A stretch of DNA of 64,000 bases, taken from Mobula hypostoma (taxonomy: Eukaryota). Each line of letters begins with the position of its first letter. Position 1 is the first letter of the stretch. The notes beneath the pieces are model-generated. The model had not been told where the DNA came from. It worked only from the letters and a program-made list of their open reading frames with translations, and did no database searches. A program made the position numbers and the translations under genes. The stretch covers positions 5,828,001 through 5,892,000 of the forward strand of contig NC_086097.1 in NCBI RefSeq assembly GCF_963921235.1, written 5' to 3'. This document shows, in pieces, positions 25,078 to 38,955 of this stretch.

Positions 25078-27705
25078 TTTATACTTTATGCTTTATTGTC
25101 GCCAAACAATTGGTACTAGAACGTATAATCATCACAGCGATATTTTATTCTGCTCTTCACACTCCCTGGATTACATATATGAAATATTAAAGATATTAAA
25201 ATAGTTAAAATTAGTAAATATTAAACATTTAAATTATTAATCATAAACAGAAAATAGAAAAATGGGAAGTAAGGTAGTGCAAAAAAACCGAGAGGCAGGT
25301 CTGGATATTTGGAGGCTACGGCCCAGATCCGGGTCAGGATCCGTTCAGCAGTCTTATCACAGTTGGAAAGAAGCTGCTCCCAAATCTGGCCGTGTGAGTC
25401 TTCAACCTCCTGTACCTTCTCCCGGAGGGAAGAGGGACAAAAGGTCTGTTGGCTGGGTGGGTCGTGTCCTTGATTATCCCGGCAGCACTGCTCCGACAGC
25501 GTGCGGTGTAAAGTGAGTCCATGGATTGAAGATTGGTTTGTGTGATGTGCTGGGCCATGTTCACGATCTTCTGCAGCTTCTTTCGGTCTTGGAAAGGACA
25601 ACTTCCACACCAGGTTGTGATGCACCCTAGAAGAATGCTTTCTACGGTGCACCTATAAAAATTAGTGAGGGTTTTAGGGGACAGGCCAAATTTCTTTAGT
25701 TTCCTCAGGAAGTAAAGGCGCTGGTTGGCCTTCTTGGCAGTGAACTGCTTGGTTGGACTAAGTCAGGTCATTTGTGATATTGACCCCGAGGAACTTAAAG
25801 CTTTTGACCTGTTCCACTTGCGCACCACCGATGTAACTTGGGTCGTGCGGTCCACTACTCCTTCTGAAGTCAACAACTAATTCCTTCGTCTTGCTGACGT
25901 TGAGGGATAGGTTATTGTCTTCGCACCATGCCACCAGGTTCTTAATTTCTTCCCTGTACTCAAACTCATCATTACCTGAGATAAGGCCTACAATTGTTGT
26001 GTCATCAGCAAACTTATATATTGAGTTTGATGGAAACTTGGCTACACAATCATGGGTGTACAGTGAGTACAGCAGGGGGCTGAGTACACAGCCTTGTGGG
26101 GCACCGGTGCTCAGAGTGATTGTAGAGGAGAGCTTGGCCCCTATTTTTGCAGCCTGGATCCTGTCTGTGAGGAAGTTGAAGATCCAGCTGCAGATCTGAG
26201 TGCTAAGGCCCAGGTTCCGGAGCTTAGGAATCAGTTTATTTGGAAGGATGGTATTAAAGGCAGAGCTGTAGACAATGAAAAAGGAGCCTTATGTATGCGT
26301 CTTTATTCTCCAGGTGTTCTAAGGAGGAATGTAGGGCCAGAGAGATGGCATCTGCCGTTGACCTGTTGCTCCGATAGGCGAATTGCAAAGCATTGAGGTT
26401 GACCGGTAGGCTGTGGCTGATGTGTGCCAAAACTAATCTCTCGAAGCACTTCATAGCAATTGATGTCAGAGCCACAGGTTAGTCATTCAGGCATGCCACC
26501 TTGCTCTTCTTCGGCACTAGGATTATCGTTGCCTTCTTAAAACACAAGGGGATCTTAGACCGAAGCAAGGAGCAGTTGAAGATGTCAGCAAACATTCCAG
26601 CTAGTTCGCTCACACAGGCCCGGAGAACCCGTCCCGGGGCGCCATCTGGGCCCATCGCCTTCCTTGGATTTATCTTGAGGAAGGCCCTTCTCACGTTCTC
26701 CTCAGTGACAATGAATTTCGATGCCACCAGGTCTGGTTCATCCGGAGGGAGCTGGACGCTCCTCTTCTGTTCGAATCTTGCGCAGAATACGTTAAGTTCG
26801 TCAGGAAGAGAAGCGCCACAGTTATTGATATTCCCAGCCTTTTCTTTGCGCCCAGTGATCTCATTTAGACTCTGCCATAGTCTACTGGCATCCTTCTGGT
26901 TAGCCTGGGCTTCCGACTTGGCTCGATATTGCCTCTTAGTGCCCTTAATGGCTTTCCGGAGTTCACGCCTGGATTCCGTGTAGCGACTGGTATCTCTGGA
27001 CCTAAAAGCCACAGCTCTAGCCTTTAAAAGGGATTTGACCTCATAATACATCCAAGGTTTCCGGTTAGGGAATACCCAGATTGTCTTGGGAGACACAAAG
27101 TCCTCCTTGCATTTCCAAATAAAGTCTGTGACAGCTGAGGCATACTCAACCAGGTTAGCTGCCGAATCCTTGAATACTAACCAGTCCACCGATTCAAAGC
27201 AGTCACGGAGGACGTCATCCATTTCCTCCGTCCAACGTGACACTACTTTTGACACTGTCACCTCCCGCTTCAGTTTCTGTTTGTAAGCCGGGAGGAGGGG
27301 TACGGCCTGACGGTCCGATTATCCGAAGTGAGGTCGTGGGATGAAACGGTAGGCATCCTTGCCTGCTGTGTAGCAGTGGTCAGGTGTACTTGGGCCTCTA
27401 GTGGGGCAGCAGACATGTTGGTATAACTTTGGCAATGCCTTTCTGAGTTTGGCCTGGTTAAAGTCCCCAGTTGTAATGAGCAAAGCCTCCGGATACCTGG
27501 TCTCAAGTTCACTGATGTTGGCATACAGTATGATCAGAGCACACTCCACGTCCGCCTGGGGGGGAATGTAGACCGCTGTCAGTATGACCGAGGTGAATTC
27601 CCGTGGCAGATAGTAGGGACAACACTTCACCGACATGTGTTCCAGGTCCGGGCTGCAGGAGCTCGTCAGTGCCACTGTGTCCGAGCACCACCCAGTGTTG
27701 ATCAG
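25078..27705 (-). mobile_element. Rex1/Babar-type LINE (endonuclease part, RT, 3' UTR)
   Basis: [68 protein letters not shown]; frameshifted. Confidence 0.92.
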
Positions 27706-28070
27706 AGAGCTGGTCGGAGGCTCGGAGTTTTCGGACGGACTCGGAGTCGGACTGTGGTCGGATGCTTCCGTGATGCTGCATCGACAAGTTTGCGGCGCTG
27801 GAGGTTCACCGTCTGCGTGAGATGATGGGACTTTCGAGAGACTTTGAGACTGTACCGTGCCCATGGTCTGTTCTTATCAAATTACGGTATTGCTTTGCAC
27901 TGTTGTAACTATATGTTATAATTATGTGCTTTTTGTCAGTTTTTCAATCTTGGCTTGTCATGTGTTTCTGTGATATCATTCTGGAAAAACATTGTATCAT
28001 TTCTTAATGCATGCATTACTAAATGACAATAAAAGGGACTGCATGTCCTCATAATCAAATCTAATCTAAT
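27706..28070 (+). mobile_element. Non-coding retroposon with an (ATCTA)n tail
   Basis: GC-rich head; tail atgcatgcattactaaatgacaataaaagggactgcatgtcctcataatc..ctaatcta, also present as a short insert at ~58600-58680. Confidence 0.6.
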
Positions 28071-29309
28071 ATATATTTTAATTGTAATATATAGTTTTTA
28101 AAATTAACTACAGAACGTTTTGCGAAGTGCTGCTGCCATCAGGTAAAATATTTCCTGACACATGCCAGTGATAATAAAGCAGATTCCAGTAAAAAAACCT
28201 GATCTGATTCAGTTAACTGGATATTGTAAAGCGTCAAAGTTTCAATTCATAACAAAATGTTATATTTCATTACCTTTTAAAGGTTTTTCCTATTTAATAA
28301 ATACTATTAATTATCAGATCTACAGGTGAGAAATGATTGTCACTTGGGATGTTCTGGAACTTCAGGATGTGTACAAATGTTCTCAAAGGGTCTCAGAAGA
28401 GATTAAGGTTGAGAAGTCATAGTTGATCTACTTGCAGTCAAGAAGGTCGAGAGAAGATTTGGTAAAATAAAATCATGATTGGTTCAGATAGAGTAGCCGG
28501 AGGAATTGTTGTCATTAGAGATGGTGCAATGGCCCATGGGGAGACAGATTTAAAATTCCACACTCTAGTTACATGAGAACGTGAGAGAAACTTGTTGAGT
28601 TAGAGAGTGGTTAGAATCTGGAATGAACTGCTTATTGGGGTGGTGGAAGCTAATCTATCAGTGCCTTCAGAAAGGAATTAATTTGCATGATCACAGGAAA
28701 ACAAAGGGGAATTTTGACTGATGGACTTGTCCTCTTTACCAGAAGCCAGCATAATTTTAATGGGCCCAATTGTCACTTCCTGGGCCATAATAGCTACTTG
28801 ATTTTACAAGTTAAAGCCCCAAGTGAATTAAAACGATTTACAAATTATAACTTCTAATAAAAACATTAGATTACAATTAAAGAGTTTGGTGAGATAATGC
28901 AGACAGACAGTAATAAATTAGTGACAGAGGTATTGAGCATACTGACAATTAGTGTTGTTTGACCTAATTGGAATTGGAATTGATCTTGCTGCAGGGAGGA
29001 AACATCAAAGCTCTCTTCGATTCTTATGATTGTGAATCAATTAAGATGAACTATTTATGAGCAGAATTGGACATTAATCAATCATCAGTTATTTGTGAAT
29101 TTAGTGGATTGCTTCCATAGCTAAAGATGAATTAACACAGAACTCTTAATAACTCAATGATATGCAAGACATTTGAAGTGATAATCTATTAATACTTTAT
29201 TTTAAAATACAAAGGAAAACTTGTGCATTTAACTTAGAGATACTGCAGGGAACAGGCCCTTCCAGCCGACCAAACAGCACTGCGCAGCAACACATCAACA
29301 CTAGCCCAA

Positions 29310-29768
29310 GGACTGGACACCATCTATTCCAGCAGACTCAGGAGGAAAGCAATCAGCATAACCAGAGACACCACACACCCCGGCCACTCCCTGTTTGACC
29401 CGCTGCCGTCCAGCAAAAGGTTCAGGACACTAAAAGCCAGAACAAATAGACTGAGGAACAGCTTCTATCCCAGAGCTGTGGCCTCCATCACACCACTCCC
29501 ACAGAACAATGACTGAAACTGTGAGCACACACATCCACACACAGGGACTCAAATACTTGCACTAACAGCACTTTGTGCATTACTGTGATAATCTGGTGTG
29601 GCTGCAACTTATTTTCTGCTACTTATCTATTTAATACTGTTTTTCTATTACTGTCTTGTGTCTTATCTACCGCTTTATTTAATTGCTTGAGAGGAAGCCA
29701 AACAGAGTTTCATTGTACCTATGTATAATGACAATAAAGATCATTCAATTCAATTCAATTCAATTCAA
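29310..29768 (+). mobile_element. LINE 3' fragment with a (TTCAA)n tail
   Basis: HPGHSLFDPLPSSKRFRTLKARTNRLRNSFYPRAV, then aataaag and (attca)n. Confidence 0.75.
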
Positions 29769-29903
29769 TGTTATTGATATTTACTGCTTATTTATTATTA
29801 TTTTTTTCTCAGCTCAAGCCGCTAAAACTTGATGTACAGGCATCGCCCCGCACACTCATTTCTCAATTACGAGGAACTTTTAGTCTATTCTTATGATGTA
29901 TTG

Positions 29904-30106
29904 GCCGGCTGGTGGCATAGTGGCATCAGCGCCAGTCTTCGGAGCGAAGGCTTCCGAGTTTGAATCCAGCCGGCTCCCTTGCACGCTTTCAATCTGTGCT
30001 GGGTTGAGCATCAAGTGTCCTCGTAAAAATAAGAAAGCCTGCTAAAAAAAACGCCATCATGACAGCATCCCGATGACTCCACTCGGAGTTAAGGGCTTTC
30101 TTCTTC
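29904..30106 (+). mobile_element. tRNA-derived SINE
   Basis: A-box tggcatagtgg, B-box gtttgaatcc, (ttc)n tail, 12-bp TSD tatgatgtattg at 29892-29903 and 30107-30118. Confidence 0.85.
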
Positions 30107-30452
30107 TATGATGTATTGCTGCTTTCTGGAAATATACATACATATTGCTGTTTAGGATTTGGGATGATACCAGTTGTAGATATTACTCTCAGGACAATGT
30201 ATACCCTGTCCATTTTCCATAGTCTTTCACTTTCCTCTTCTAGTTCAGTATAGTTCTGCTATTTTTCACTTAATGATTTCTTTATATTGTGTGTGTTTGG
30301 AATGGCTATGTCTATTAAGTAAGGAGTTCTTATTTGTTTATCATGTATTATTATATCAAGACAGTTAATATGGATTGACTGATCTGTAATAACGGAACAG
30401 TCAAAATATAATTTGTAGGACTCTGACTCTAAAACTAGATCAGGTTTGCATT

Positions 30453-32500
30453 TAGACCATAAGATAAAGAAGCAGAAGTCAGCCATTCAGCCCATCGAGC
30501 CTGCTCCTCCATTTTATCATGAGCTGATCCATTCTCCCATTTAGTCCCACTCCCCCGCCTTCTCACCATAACCTTTGATGCCCTGGCTACTCAGATAGCT
30601 ATCAATCTCTGCCTTAAATACACAAAATGACTTGGCCTCCACTACCGTCTGTGGCAACTAATTCCATAGATTCACCACTCTCTGGCTAAAAATATTTCTT
30701 CGCATTTCTGTTCTGAATGGGCGCCCTTCAATCCTTAAGTCATGCCCTCTCGTACTAGACTCCCCCATCATGGGAAACAACTTTGCCACATCCACTCTGT
30801 CCTTGCCTTTCAACATTCGAAATGTTTCTATGAGGTCCCCCCTCATTCTTTTAGACTCTAAGGAATACAGTCCAAGAGCGGACAAACATTCCTCATATGT
30901 TAACCCTCTCATTCCCGGAATCATTTTAGTGAATCTTCTCTGTACCCTCTCCAACGTCAGTACATCCTTTCTTAAATAGAGAGACCAAAACTGCCCACAG
31001 TACTCCAAGTGAGGTGTCACCAGCGCCTTATAGAGCCTCAACATCACATCCCTGCTCCTATACTCTATTCCTCTAGAAATGAATTCCAACATTGCATTCG
31101 CCTTCTTCACTACTGACTCAACCTGGAGGTTAACTTTAAGGGTATCCTGTACGAGGACTCCCAAGTCCCGTTGCATCTCAGAACTTTGAATTCTTTCTCC
31201 ATTTAAATAATAGTCTGCCCGTTTATTTCTTCTGCCAAAGTGCATAACCATACACTTTCCAACATTGTACTTCATTTGCCACTTCTCTGCCCATTCTTCC
31301 AATCTATCCAAGTCTCTCTGCAGACTCTCTGTTTCCTCAGCACTACCGGCCCCTCCATCTATCTTCGTATCGTCAGCAAATTTAGCCACAAAGCCACCTA
31401 TACCATAATCCAAATCGTTGATGTACAACGTAAAAAGAAGCGGCCCCAACACAGAGCCCTGTGGAACACCACTGGTAACCGGCAGCCAACCAGAAAAGGA
31501 TCCCTTTATTCCCACTCCAATGCTCTATCCAAGTATGTAACATTCCCGTAATTCCATGGGCTCTTATCTTGTTAAGCAGCCTCATGTGTGGTACTTTGTC
31601 GAAGGCCTTCTGAAAATCCAAATATACAACATCCACTGAATTTCCCTTGTCTAGCCTACTTGTAATTTCCTAAAAAAATTGTAATAGGTTTGTCAGGCAG
31701 GATTTTCGTTTAAGGAATCCATGCTGAGTTCTGCCTATCTTGTCATATGCCTCCATGTACTCTGTAACCTCATCCTTGACAATCGACTCCAACAACTTCC
31801 CAAGTACCAATGTCAAGTTAACAGGTCTATAATTTCCTTTTTGCTTCCTTGCCCCCTTCTTAAATAGCGAAGTGACATTTGCAATCTTCCAGTCCTCCGG
31901 AACCATGCCAGAATCTATTGACTTTTGAAAGATCATTGCTAATGCCTCCGCAATCTCCACAGCTAATTCCTTCAGAACACAAGGGTGCATTCCATCTGGT
32001 CCGGGAGATTTATCTACCCTTAGACTATTCAGCTTCCTGAGTACTTTCTCTGTCGTAATTGTGACTGCGCACACTTCTCTTCCCTGCCACCCTTGAGTAT
32101 CCGGTGTACTGCTGATGTCTTCTTCAGTGAAGACTGATACAAAATACTCGTTCAGTTCCTCCACCATCTCCTTATCTCCCATTACAATTTCTACAACATC
32201 ATCTTCTATCAGTCCTATACCTACTCTCACCTGTTTCTTACTCTTTATGTACTTGAAAAAGCTTTTAGTATCCTCTTTGATATTATTTGCTAGCTTCCTT
32301 TCATAGTTCATCTTTCCCCTCTTAATGACCTTCTTATTTTCCTTTTGTAAGCTTTTAAAAACTTCCCAAACCTCTGCCTTCCCACTAATTTTTGTTTCCT
32401 TGTATGCCCTCTCCTTTTCTTTAACTTTGGCTTTGACTTCTCTTGTCAGCCACGGTTGCATCCTTTTTCCATTCGAAAACTTCTTCTTTTTTGGAATATA
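30453..32500 (-). mobile_element. CR1-type LINE, about 2 kb, young
   Basis: ORFs 31670-32461 and 30658-31515 with KSPGPDG, NYRPVNLT, QHGF, GVPQGSVLGP and FADD; the CR1 tail shows as gaccataaga on the plus strand. Confidence 0.95.
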
Positions 32501-33514
32501 GAGTTAGGTATGATTTCTTTTATGAGTTTGTGCTTGAAAACAAGATTTTCGTGAATCATGTTTGCCACTTGGTTGTGCCTGTGTAAGTAATCAGATTGAG
32601 TTAAACTGCTGCGTGATCCTGTAATGTTTTGGATTCTTTCTGGTTTCTCTTGGCATTTTCTGTATTTATCATTCTGAAATTTTTGTTTTTTTATTATGTA
32701 CTTTTGGTCACCCTTGTGTTAAGCACCTGGTTCTGTATTGCTGTTCTGTTTGCGTGGAAGAGTTTCCAACTCTGAGTCAGACATTCAACACTTCCTTGTT
32801 GACTTTAGTCTGCTCAGCTCATGGGGATGTCTTCCATTGAAGGTCATGCTCTTCCATTGGTTAACCTTTTCCTTCCCTAGTGATAACTTCTTCATTTTTT
32901 TTGTGTTGTGCTTTCATTTAAGTTCAATTGTATGTACTTCTTATCAGAATTGCATATGTTCGTATGGAGTGCTGAATCCTGTTTTTGTGATGAAAATATA
33001 TCCTTAGCAGATTTATCTGATTATTGTGCAATTTTTTATTGTCTGTTACACCTCGTCCTCCTTCTGCCCTAGCTAATGTTAATCGAAGTGTATTTGAATG
33101 TACATAGCATTTCCTAAAATTCGTTATTTCAGTTCTTAATTTTCTTTGTAAATTTTCCAGATCAAGAAGAAAGAATCTGTTAATATGGGTATAGCAAAAG
33201 TATTTATTGCTCTGTTTGGCAGATTTTCTTAAGCCTTAAAGTAAGTTCTGTTGTAAGTTTTTCCTGTATCGCACTATAAACTATTTTCTTTTCCTGTTGA
33301 TATCCCTGATACTTATACATTTCATATTCATCCATCGGTATTGTACCCTGCTGCTTTGTTTTATATTCTACCAGCTCCGTTGCACCTTTCTTTTTGATTA
33401 ATGTTCTGAACTTAACCAGTCCAAGGCTCATGCTTATTTTTTTTGAAAATAGTTCTACTATTTGAATTAATTGCTCCAGCTTTACTAATTAAGGAGTATA
33501 TAATTTCAATCTTA

Positions 33515-34665
33515 TAGAAGCAGAGAAACATAGAAAACCTACAGCTCAATACAGGCCCTTCGGCTCAAAACGCTGTGCCGAACATGTACTTACTTTAGAA
33601 ATTACCTAGAATTACCCACAGCCCTCCACTTTTCTGAGCTCCATACACCTGTCCAGGAGTCTCTTAAAATACTCTATCATATCCGCCTCCACCATCATCA
33701 CTGGCAGCCCACTCACCAATCTCTGCGTACAAAACTTACCTCTGACATCTCCTCTGTCCCTACTTCCAACCACCTTAAAACTGTGCCCTCTCATGTTAGC
33801 TATTTCATTCCTGGGAAAAAGCCTCTGACTATCCACATGATCAATGACTGTCATCATCTTATACACCTCTATCAGGTCACCTCTCATCCTCCGCCGCTCC
33901 AAGGAGAAAAGGCTGTGTCATTCAAACTATTCTCATAAGGCATGCTCCCCAATCCAGGCAACATCCTTGTAAATCTCCTCTGTACACTTTCTATGGCATC
34001 CACATCCTTCTTGTAGTGAGGCGATCAGAACTGAGCACAGTACTCCAAGTGGGGTCTGACCATGGTCCTATAGAGCTGCAACATTACCTCTCGGCTCTTA
34101 AACTCAATCCCACGGTTGATGAAGGCCAATGCACTGTATGCTTTCTTAACCACAGAGTCAACCTGTGCAGCAACTTTGAGTGTCCTATGGACTCGGACCC
34201 AAAGATCCCTCTGATCCTCCACACTGCCAGGAGTCTTACCATTAATAATGAACCACCTCACACTTACCTGGGTTGAACTCCATCTGTCACTTCTCAGCCC
34301 AGTTTTGCATCCTATCAATGTCCTGCTGTAACCTCTGACAGCCCTCCACACTATCCACAACACCCCCAATCTTCACGTCATCAGCAAATTTACTAACCCA
34401 TCCCTCCACTTCCTCATCCAGGTTATTTATGAAAATCACGAAGAGTAAGGGTCCCAGAACAGATCCCTGAGGCACACCACTAGTCACTGACCTCCATGCA
34501 GGATATGACCCGTCTACAATCACTCTTTGCCTTCTATGAGCAAGTTAATCCTGGATCCACAAAGCAATGTCTCCTTGGATCCCATGCCTCCTTACTTTCT
34601 CAATAAGCCTTGTATGGAGTACCTTATCAAATGCCTTGCTGAAATCCATATACACTACATCCACT
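33515..34665 (-). mobile_element. CR1-type LINE (second subfamily)
   Basis: GVPQGSVLGPLLFVIFIN, KFADD, RPHLEYCAQF; tail shows as gaaacatagaaa on the plus strand. Confidence 0.92.
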
Positions 34666-35086
34666 TATCATTATTATTTGTTCTTTTTGTATTTGCACAG
34701 TATTTCAATTATCTGAACTGCTCAACTGAGCAACATGAATTCAGTACTTGGTAGCCATGGAGAACATGGAAAAATGAATGGGACTAGGCCCTTCCTGCTC
34801 AATGAGCCACATGCCCAGTAACCAACCTGTTCAACACTAGCTTAATCATAGGACAATTTACAATGCCCAGTTAACCCACAATCAGGTATGTCTTTGTATG
34901 TTTAAAGTGAAGGCTGATAGGTTCTCGATAAGGAAGAATGTTAAAGGTCAGTAGGAGAAGGCTGAGAATGGGGTTGAAAGAGATAATAAATCAGCCATGA
35001 TAGAATGACAGAGCACTCGATGGACCCAACTGCCTAATTCTGCTTTTAAGTCTTACTGTTTTGTGGGTTTATAGTATAAGTGACAA

Positions 35087-37893
35087 AAACTAATCCACAC
35101 AAAATGCTGGAGGAGCTCAGCAGGTCAGGCAGCATCGAGAAAAAAAGTACAGTCAACATTCCAGGCCGAAACCCTTCAGCACGACTGGAGAAAAAAAAGC
35201 TGAGGAGTAGATTTAAAAAATGGAGGGAGGGGAGAGAGAAAGACAAAGTGATTGGTGAAACCTGAGGGGGAGGGAATTAAGTAAACGGCTGGGAAGTAAA
35301 TTGGTAAAAGAGACAGAAAGCTATGGAAGAAAGACAAAGGGGAAGAGCACGATAGGGTGGCGATGGGCAGGCAAGGAGATAAGGTGAGAGAGGGAAAAGG
35401 GGATGGGAGATGGTGAAGGAGAGGGGGTGGGGGCATTACCGGAAATTTGAGAAATCGGCGTTCATGCCATTAGGTTGGAGGCTACCCAAATGGAATATAA
35501 GGTGTTGCTTGTCCAGCCCAAGTGTGGCTTCATCACGACAGTGGAGGAGGCCATGTATAGACATCTTGGAACGTGAATGGAAAGTGGAATTAAAATGGGT
35601 CGCCACTGGGAGATCCTACTTTTTCAGGCGAACGGAGCGTAGGTGCTCAGCGAAATGGTCTCCTAATCAATGTCGGCTCTCACCGATATATAGGAGGCCA
35701 CACCAGGAGCACCGGACACAGTGTATGACCCCAACAGACTCACAGGTGAGGTGCCGCCTCACCTGGAAGGACTGTTTAGGGCCCTGAATGTTAGTGAGGG
35801 AGGAGGTGTAGGGACAGGTGTAGCACTTGTTCCTCTTGCAAGGAGAGGTGCCAGGAGGAAGATCAGTGGCGAGGGACGAATGGACATTGGAGTCACATAG
35901 GAAGCGATCCCTGCAAAAAACACAAAGTGGGAGGAAGAGAAAGATCTGCTTGGTGGTAGGATCCCATTGGAGATAGCAAATGTTTCAGAGAATTATGTGC
36001 TGGACACAGAGGCTAGTGGGGTTGTAGGTAAGGGCAAGAGGAATTCTATCCCTGGTAGCGTAGCAGGAGGATGGGGTAAGAGCAGAGATGAGTGAAATGG
36101 AAAAGATGTGGTTGAGGGCAGTATTGATGGTGGAGGAAAGAAAGACCCTTTCTTTAAAAAAGGACATCTCCTTCATTCTAGAATGAAAAGCTTCACTCTG
36201 AGAGCAGATACTGTGGAGGCGGAGGAATGGAGAGAAGGAGATGGCACATTGACAAGTAACAGGTTCTAGAATGAAAAGCCTCATCAAAGAAAGAGGCGAC
36301 CCTTCCTCCACCATCAACGCTGCCCTCAATGAAGGAGATGTCCTCCTTTTTTAAAGAAAGGTGATAGGGTTCCTCTGACAGGCTGCATCACTGTCTGGTA
36401 TGGAGGGGCTACTGCACAGGACTAAAAGAGGTTGCAAAAGGTTATAAATCTAGTCAGCTCCATCTTGGGCACTAGGCTACAAAGTACCCAGAGCATCTTT
36501 AGGGAGTGATGTCTCAGAAAGGCAACGTCCATTATCAAGGACCTCTAGCACCCAGGGCAAGCCCTTTTCTCACTGTTACCATCGGGTAGGAGGTACAGAA
36601 GCCTGAAGGCACACACTCAGCGATTCAGGAACAACTTCTTCCCCTCTGCCATCTGATTCCTAAATGGACATTGAAGTTTTGGAAACTCCTCACTTTTTTT
36701 AAATATACAGTATTTCTGTTTTTGCACATTCTTTTAAATCTATTCAATATACATAATTGATTTACTTGTTTATTTCTTATGTTTTATTTAATTTTTTTCT
36801 CTCTCTGCTAGATTATGTATTGCAATGAACTGCTGCTGCTAAGTTAACAAATTTCACGTCACATGCCAGTGAAAATAAACCTGATTCTGATTCTTGTCCT
36901 CACCTACTAACCTGCAGCCTCCGCACATAATTCTGCAAAACTTCTGCCATCTTCAATGGGATCTCAACACCAAGCTCATCTCCATCTTCCCCCCCCCCCC
37001 CGCCCCACCGATTTCTGCTTTCCACAGGGATTGCTCCCTATGCGACTCCCTTGTCCATTCGTCCCTCCCCACTGATCTCCCTCCTGGCACTTATCCTTGC
37101 AAATGGAACAAGTGCTACTCCTGTTCCTACACCTCCTCCCTCACTACAATCCAGGGTCCTAAACAGTCCTTCCAGCTGAGGCGACACTTCACCTGTGAGT
37201 CTGTTGGGGTTACCTACTTCATCTGGTGCTCCCAGTGTATCCTCCTGTATATGAGATCCAAGGTAGATTGGGAGGCTGCTTCATTGAGCTCCTATGCTTC
37301 GTCTGCTTGAAAAACTGGGATATCCTGGAGGCGACCCATTTTAATTGCACTTCCCACTCAGATATGTCTATCCATGGCCTCTTCCACTGTCGGGATGAGG
37401 CCACAGTTAGGTTGGAGGAACAGCATCTTATATTCTGTCTGGGAAGCCTCCAACCTCATGGCATGAACATCGATTTCCTTAACTTCTTGTAATGGCCTTC
37501 CCCCCCCCATTACACCCCTTCTCCTTCACCATTCCCTTTCCCCTTTTCCCTCACTCACCTTATCTCCTTGCCTGCCCATTGCCTCCCGTTAGTGCACCTC
37601 CCTCTTTTCATTCTTCGATGGCATTCTGTCTCTTTTACCAATTTATTCCCAGTTCTTTATTTCACCCCCCCCCCCACTTCAGGTTTCACCTGTCACCTTG
37701 TGTATCTCTCTCCTTTCCTCCCACTTTTTAAATCTACTCCTCATCTTTTTTTCCTCCAGTCCTGTTGAAGGATTTCGGCCTGAACTGTCGACTGTACTCT
37801 TTTCCATAGATGCTGCCTGGCCTGCTGAGTTCCTCCAGCATTTTGTGTGTTTTGCTCTGGATTTCTAGCATCTGCAGTATTTCCCGTGTTTGT
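35087..37893. mobile_element. Back-to-back inverted Penelope-like elements (GIY-YIG region and pLTR) with a Rex1-type fragment in the middle
   Basis: Minus arm ~35087-36265 and plus arm ~36894-37893, both with QGPKQSFQ..FTCESVGV..EEQHLIF; hammerhead-like motifs at ~35150-35187 and ~37757-37793; LINE fragment ~36376-36893. Confidence 0.88.
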
Positions 37894-38059
37894 GATGAAC
37901 AAATCTGGATCTTGCTATCATCATCAAACAGTCAGCAAGGACATGACAGGTGAAGTGACCACCTTCTATATCAAGAGAAAAAAAGTTTTTTGCAAATATA
38001 CTTCTAGTGACATATTTGTTTGTGACCGTCTTGTCTCCCTTTCTCTTCACCATTTTATC

Positions 38060-38955
38060 CTTGGACTTCAACAACTGCACAGAGTCTTGTCATCTTCAGA
38101 AGTTTCTGATGACTCTGCCATAGTTGGATGCATCAGCAAGGGAGATGAGGCTGTGTACAGGGCTACGGTAGGAAACTTTGTCACATGGTGTGAGCAGAAT
38201 TATCTGCAGCTTAATGTGAAAAAGACTAAGGAGCTGGTGGTAGACCTGAGGAGAGCTAAGGTACCGGTGACCCCTGTTTCCATCCAGGGGGTCAGTGTGG
38301 ACATGGTGGACGATTACAAATACCTGGGGATACGAATTGACAATAAACTGGACTGGTCAAAGAACACTGAGGCTGTCTACAAGAAGGGTCAGAGCCGTCT
38401 CTATTTCCTGAGGAGATTGAGGTCCTTTAACATCTGTCGGACGATGTTGAGGATGTTCTACGAGTCTGTGGTGGCCAGTGCGATCATGTTTGCTGTTGTG
38501 TGCTGGGGCAACAGGCTGAGGGTGGCAGACACCAACAGAATCAACAAACTCATTCGTAAGGCCAATGATGTTGTGGGAATGGAACTGGACTCTTTGATGG
38601 TGGTGTGTGAAAAGAGGATGCTGTCCAAGTTGCATGCTATCTTGTACAATGTCTCCCATCCACTACATAATGTTCTAGTTGGGCACAGGAGTACATTCAG
38701 CTAGAGACTCATTCCACCGAGATGCAGCACAGAGCGTCATAGGAAGTCATTCCTCCCTGTGGCCATCAAACTTTACAACTCCTCCCTTGGAGGGTCAGAC
38801 ACCCTGAGCCAATAGGCTGGTCCTGGACTTATTTCCTGGCATAATTTACATATTACTATTTAATTATTTATGGTTTTATTACTATTTAATTATTTATGGT
38901 GCAACTGTAACAAGAACCAATTTCCCCCAGGATCAATAAAGTATGACTATGACTA
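38060..38955 (+). mobile_element. Rex1/Babar-type LINE 3' part
   Basis: [34 protein letters not shown]; tail aataaagtatgactatgacta. Confidence 0.9.

Larger units (their letters stand above)
29800..33510 (-). mobile_element. R4/Dong-type non-LTR element (restriction-like endonuclease), split by a SINE and a 2-kb CR1
   Basis: RT end (MSLGLVKFRTL, ~33430); zinc-knuckle remnant CRKCQEKPERIQNITG..YLHRHNQVA (~32560-32660); RLE-like KPDLVLESESYKLYFD..DII..YLIDIAIPNTHN (30259-30450); 3' end next to a short (TAA)n. Confidence 0.75.

Noticed and set aside
29904..29980. tRNA gene
   Set aside because: A and B boxes are present, but the sequence continues into a non-tRNA body with a simple-repeat tail and a TSD, so it is a SINE.
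37847..38704. 285-aa ORF as a cellular protein
   Set aside because: It is a chance N-terminal extension fused to the C-terminus of a Rex1-type RT.
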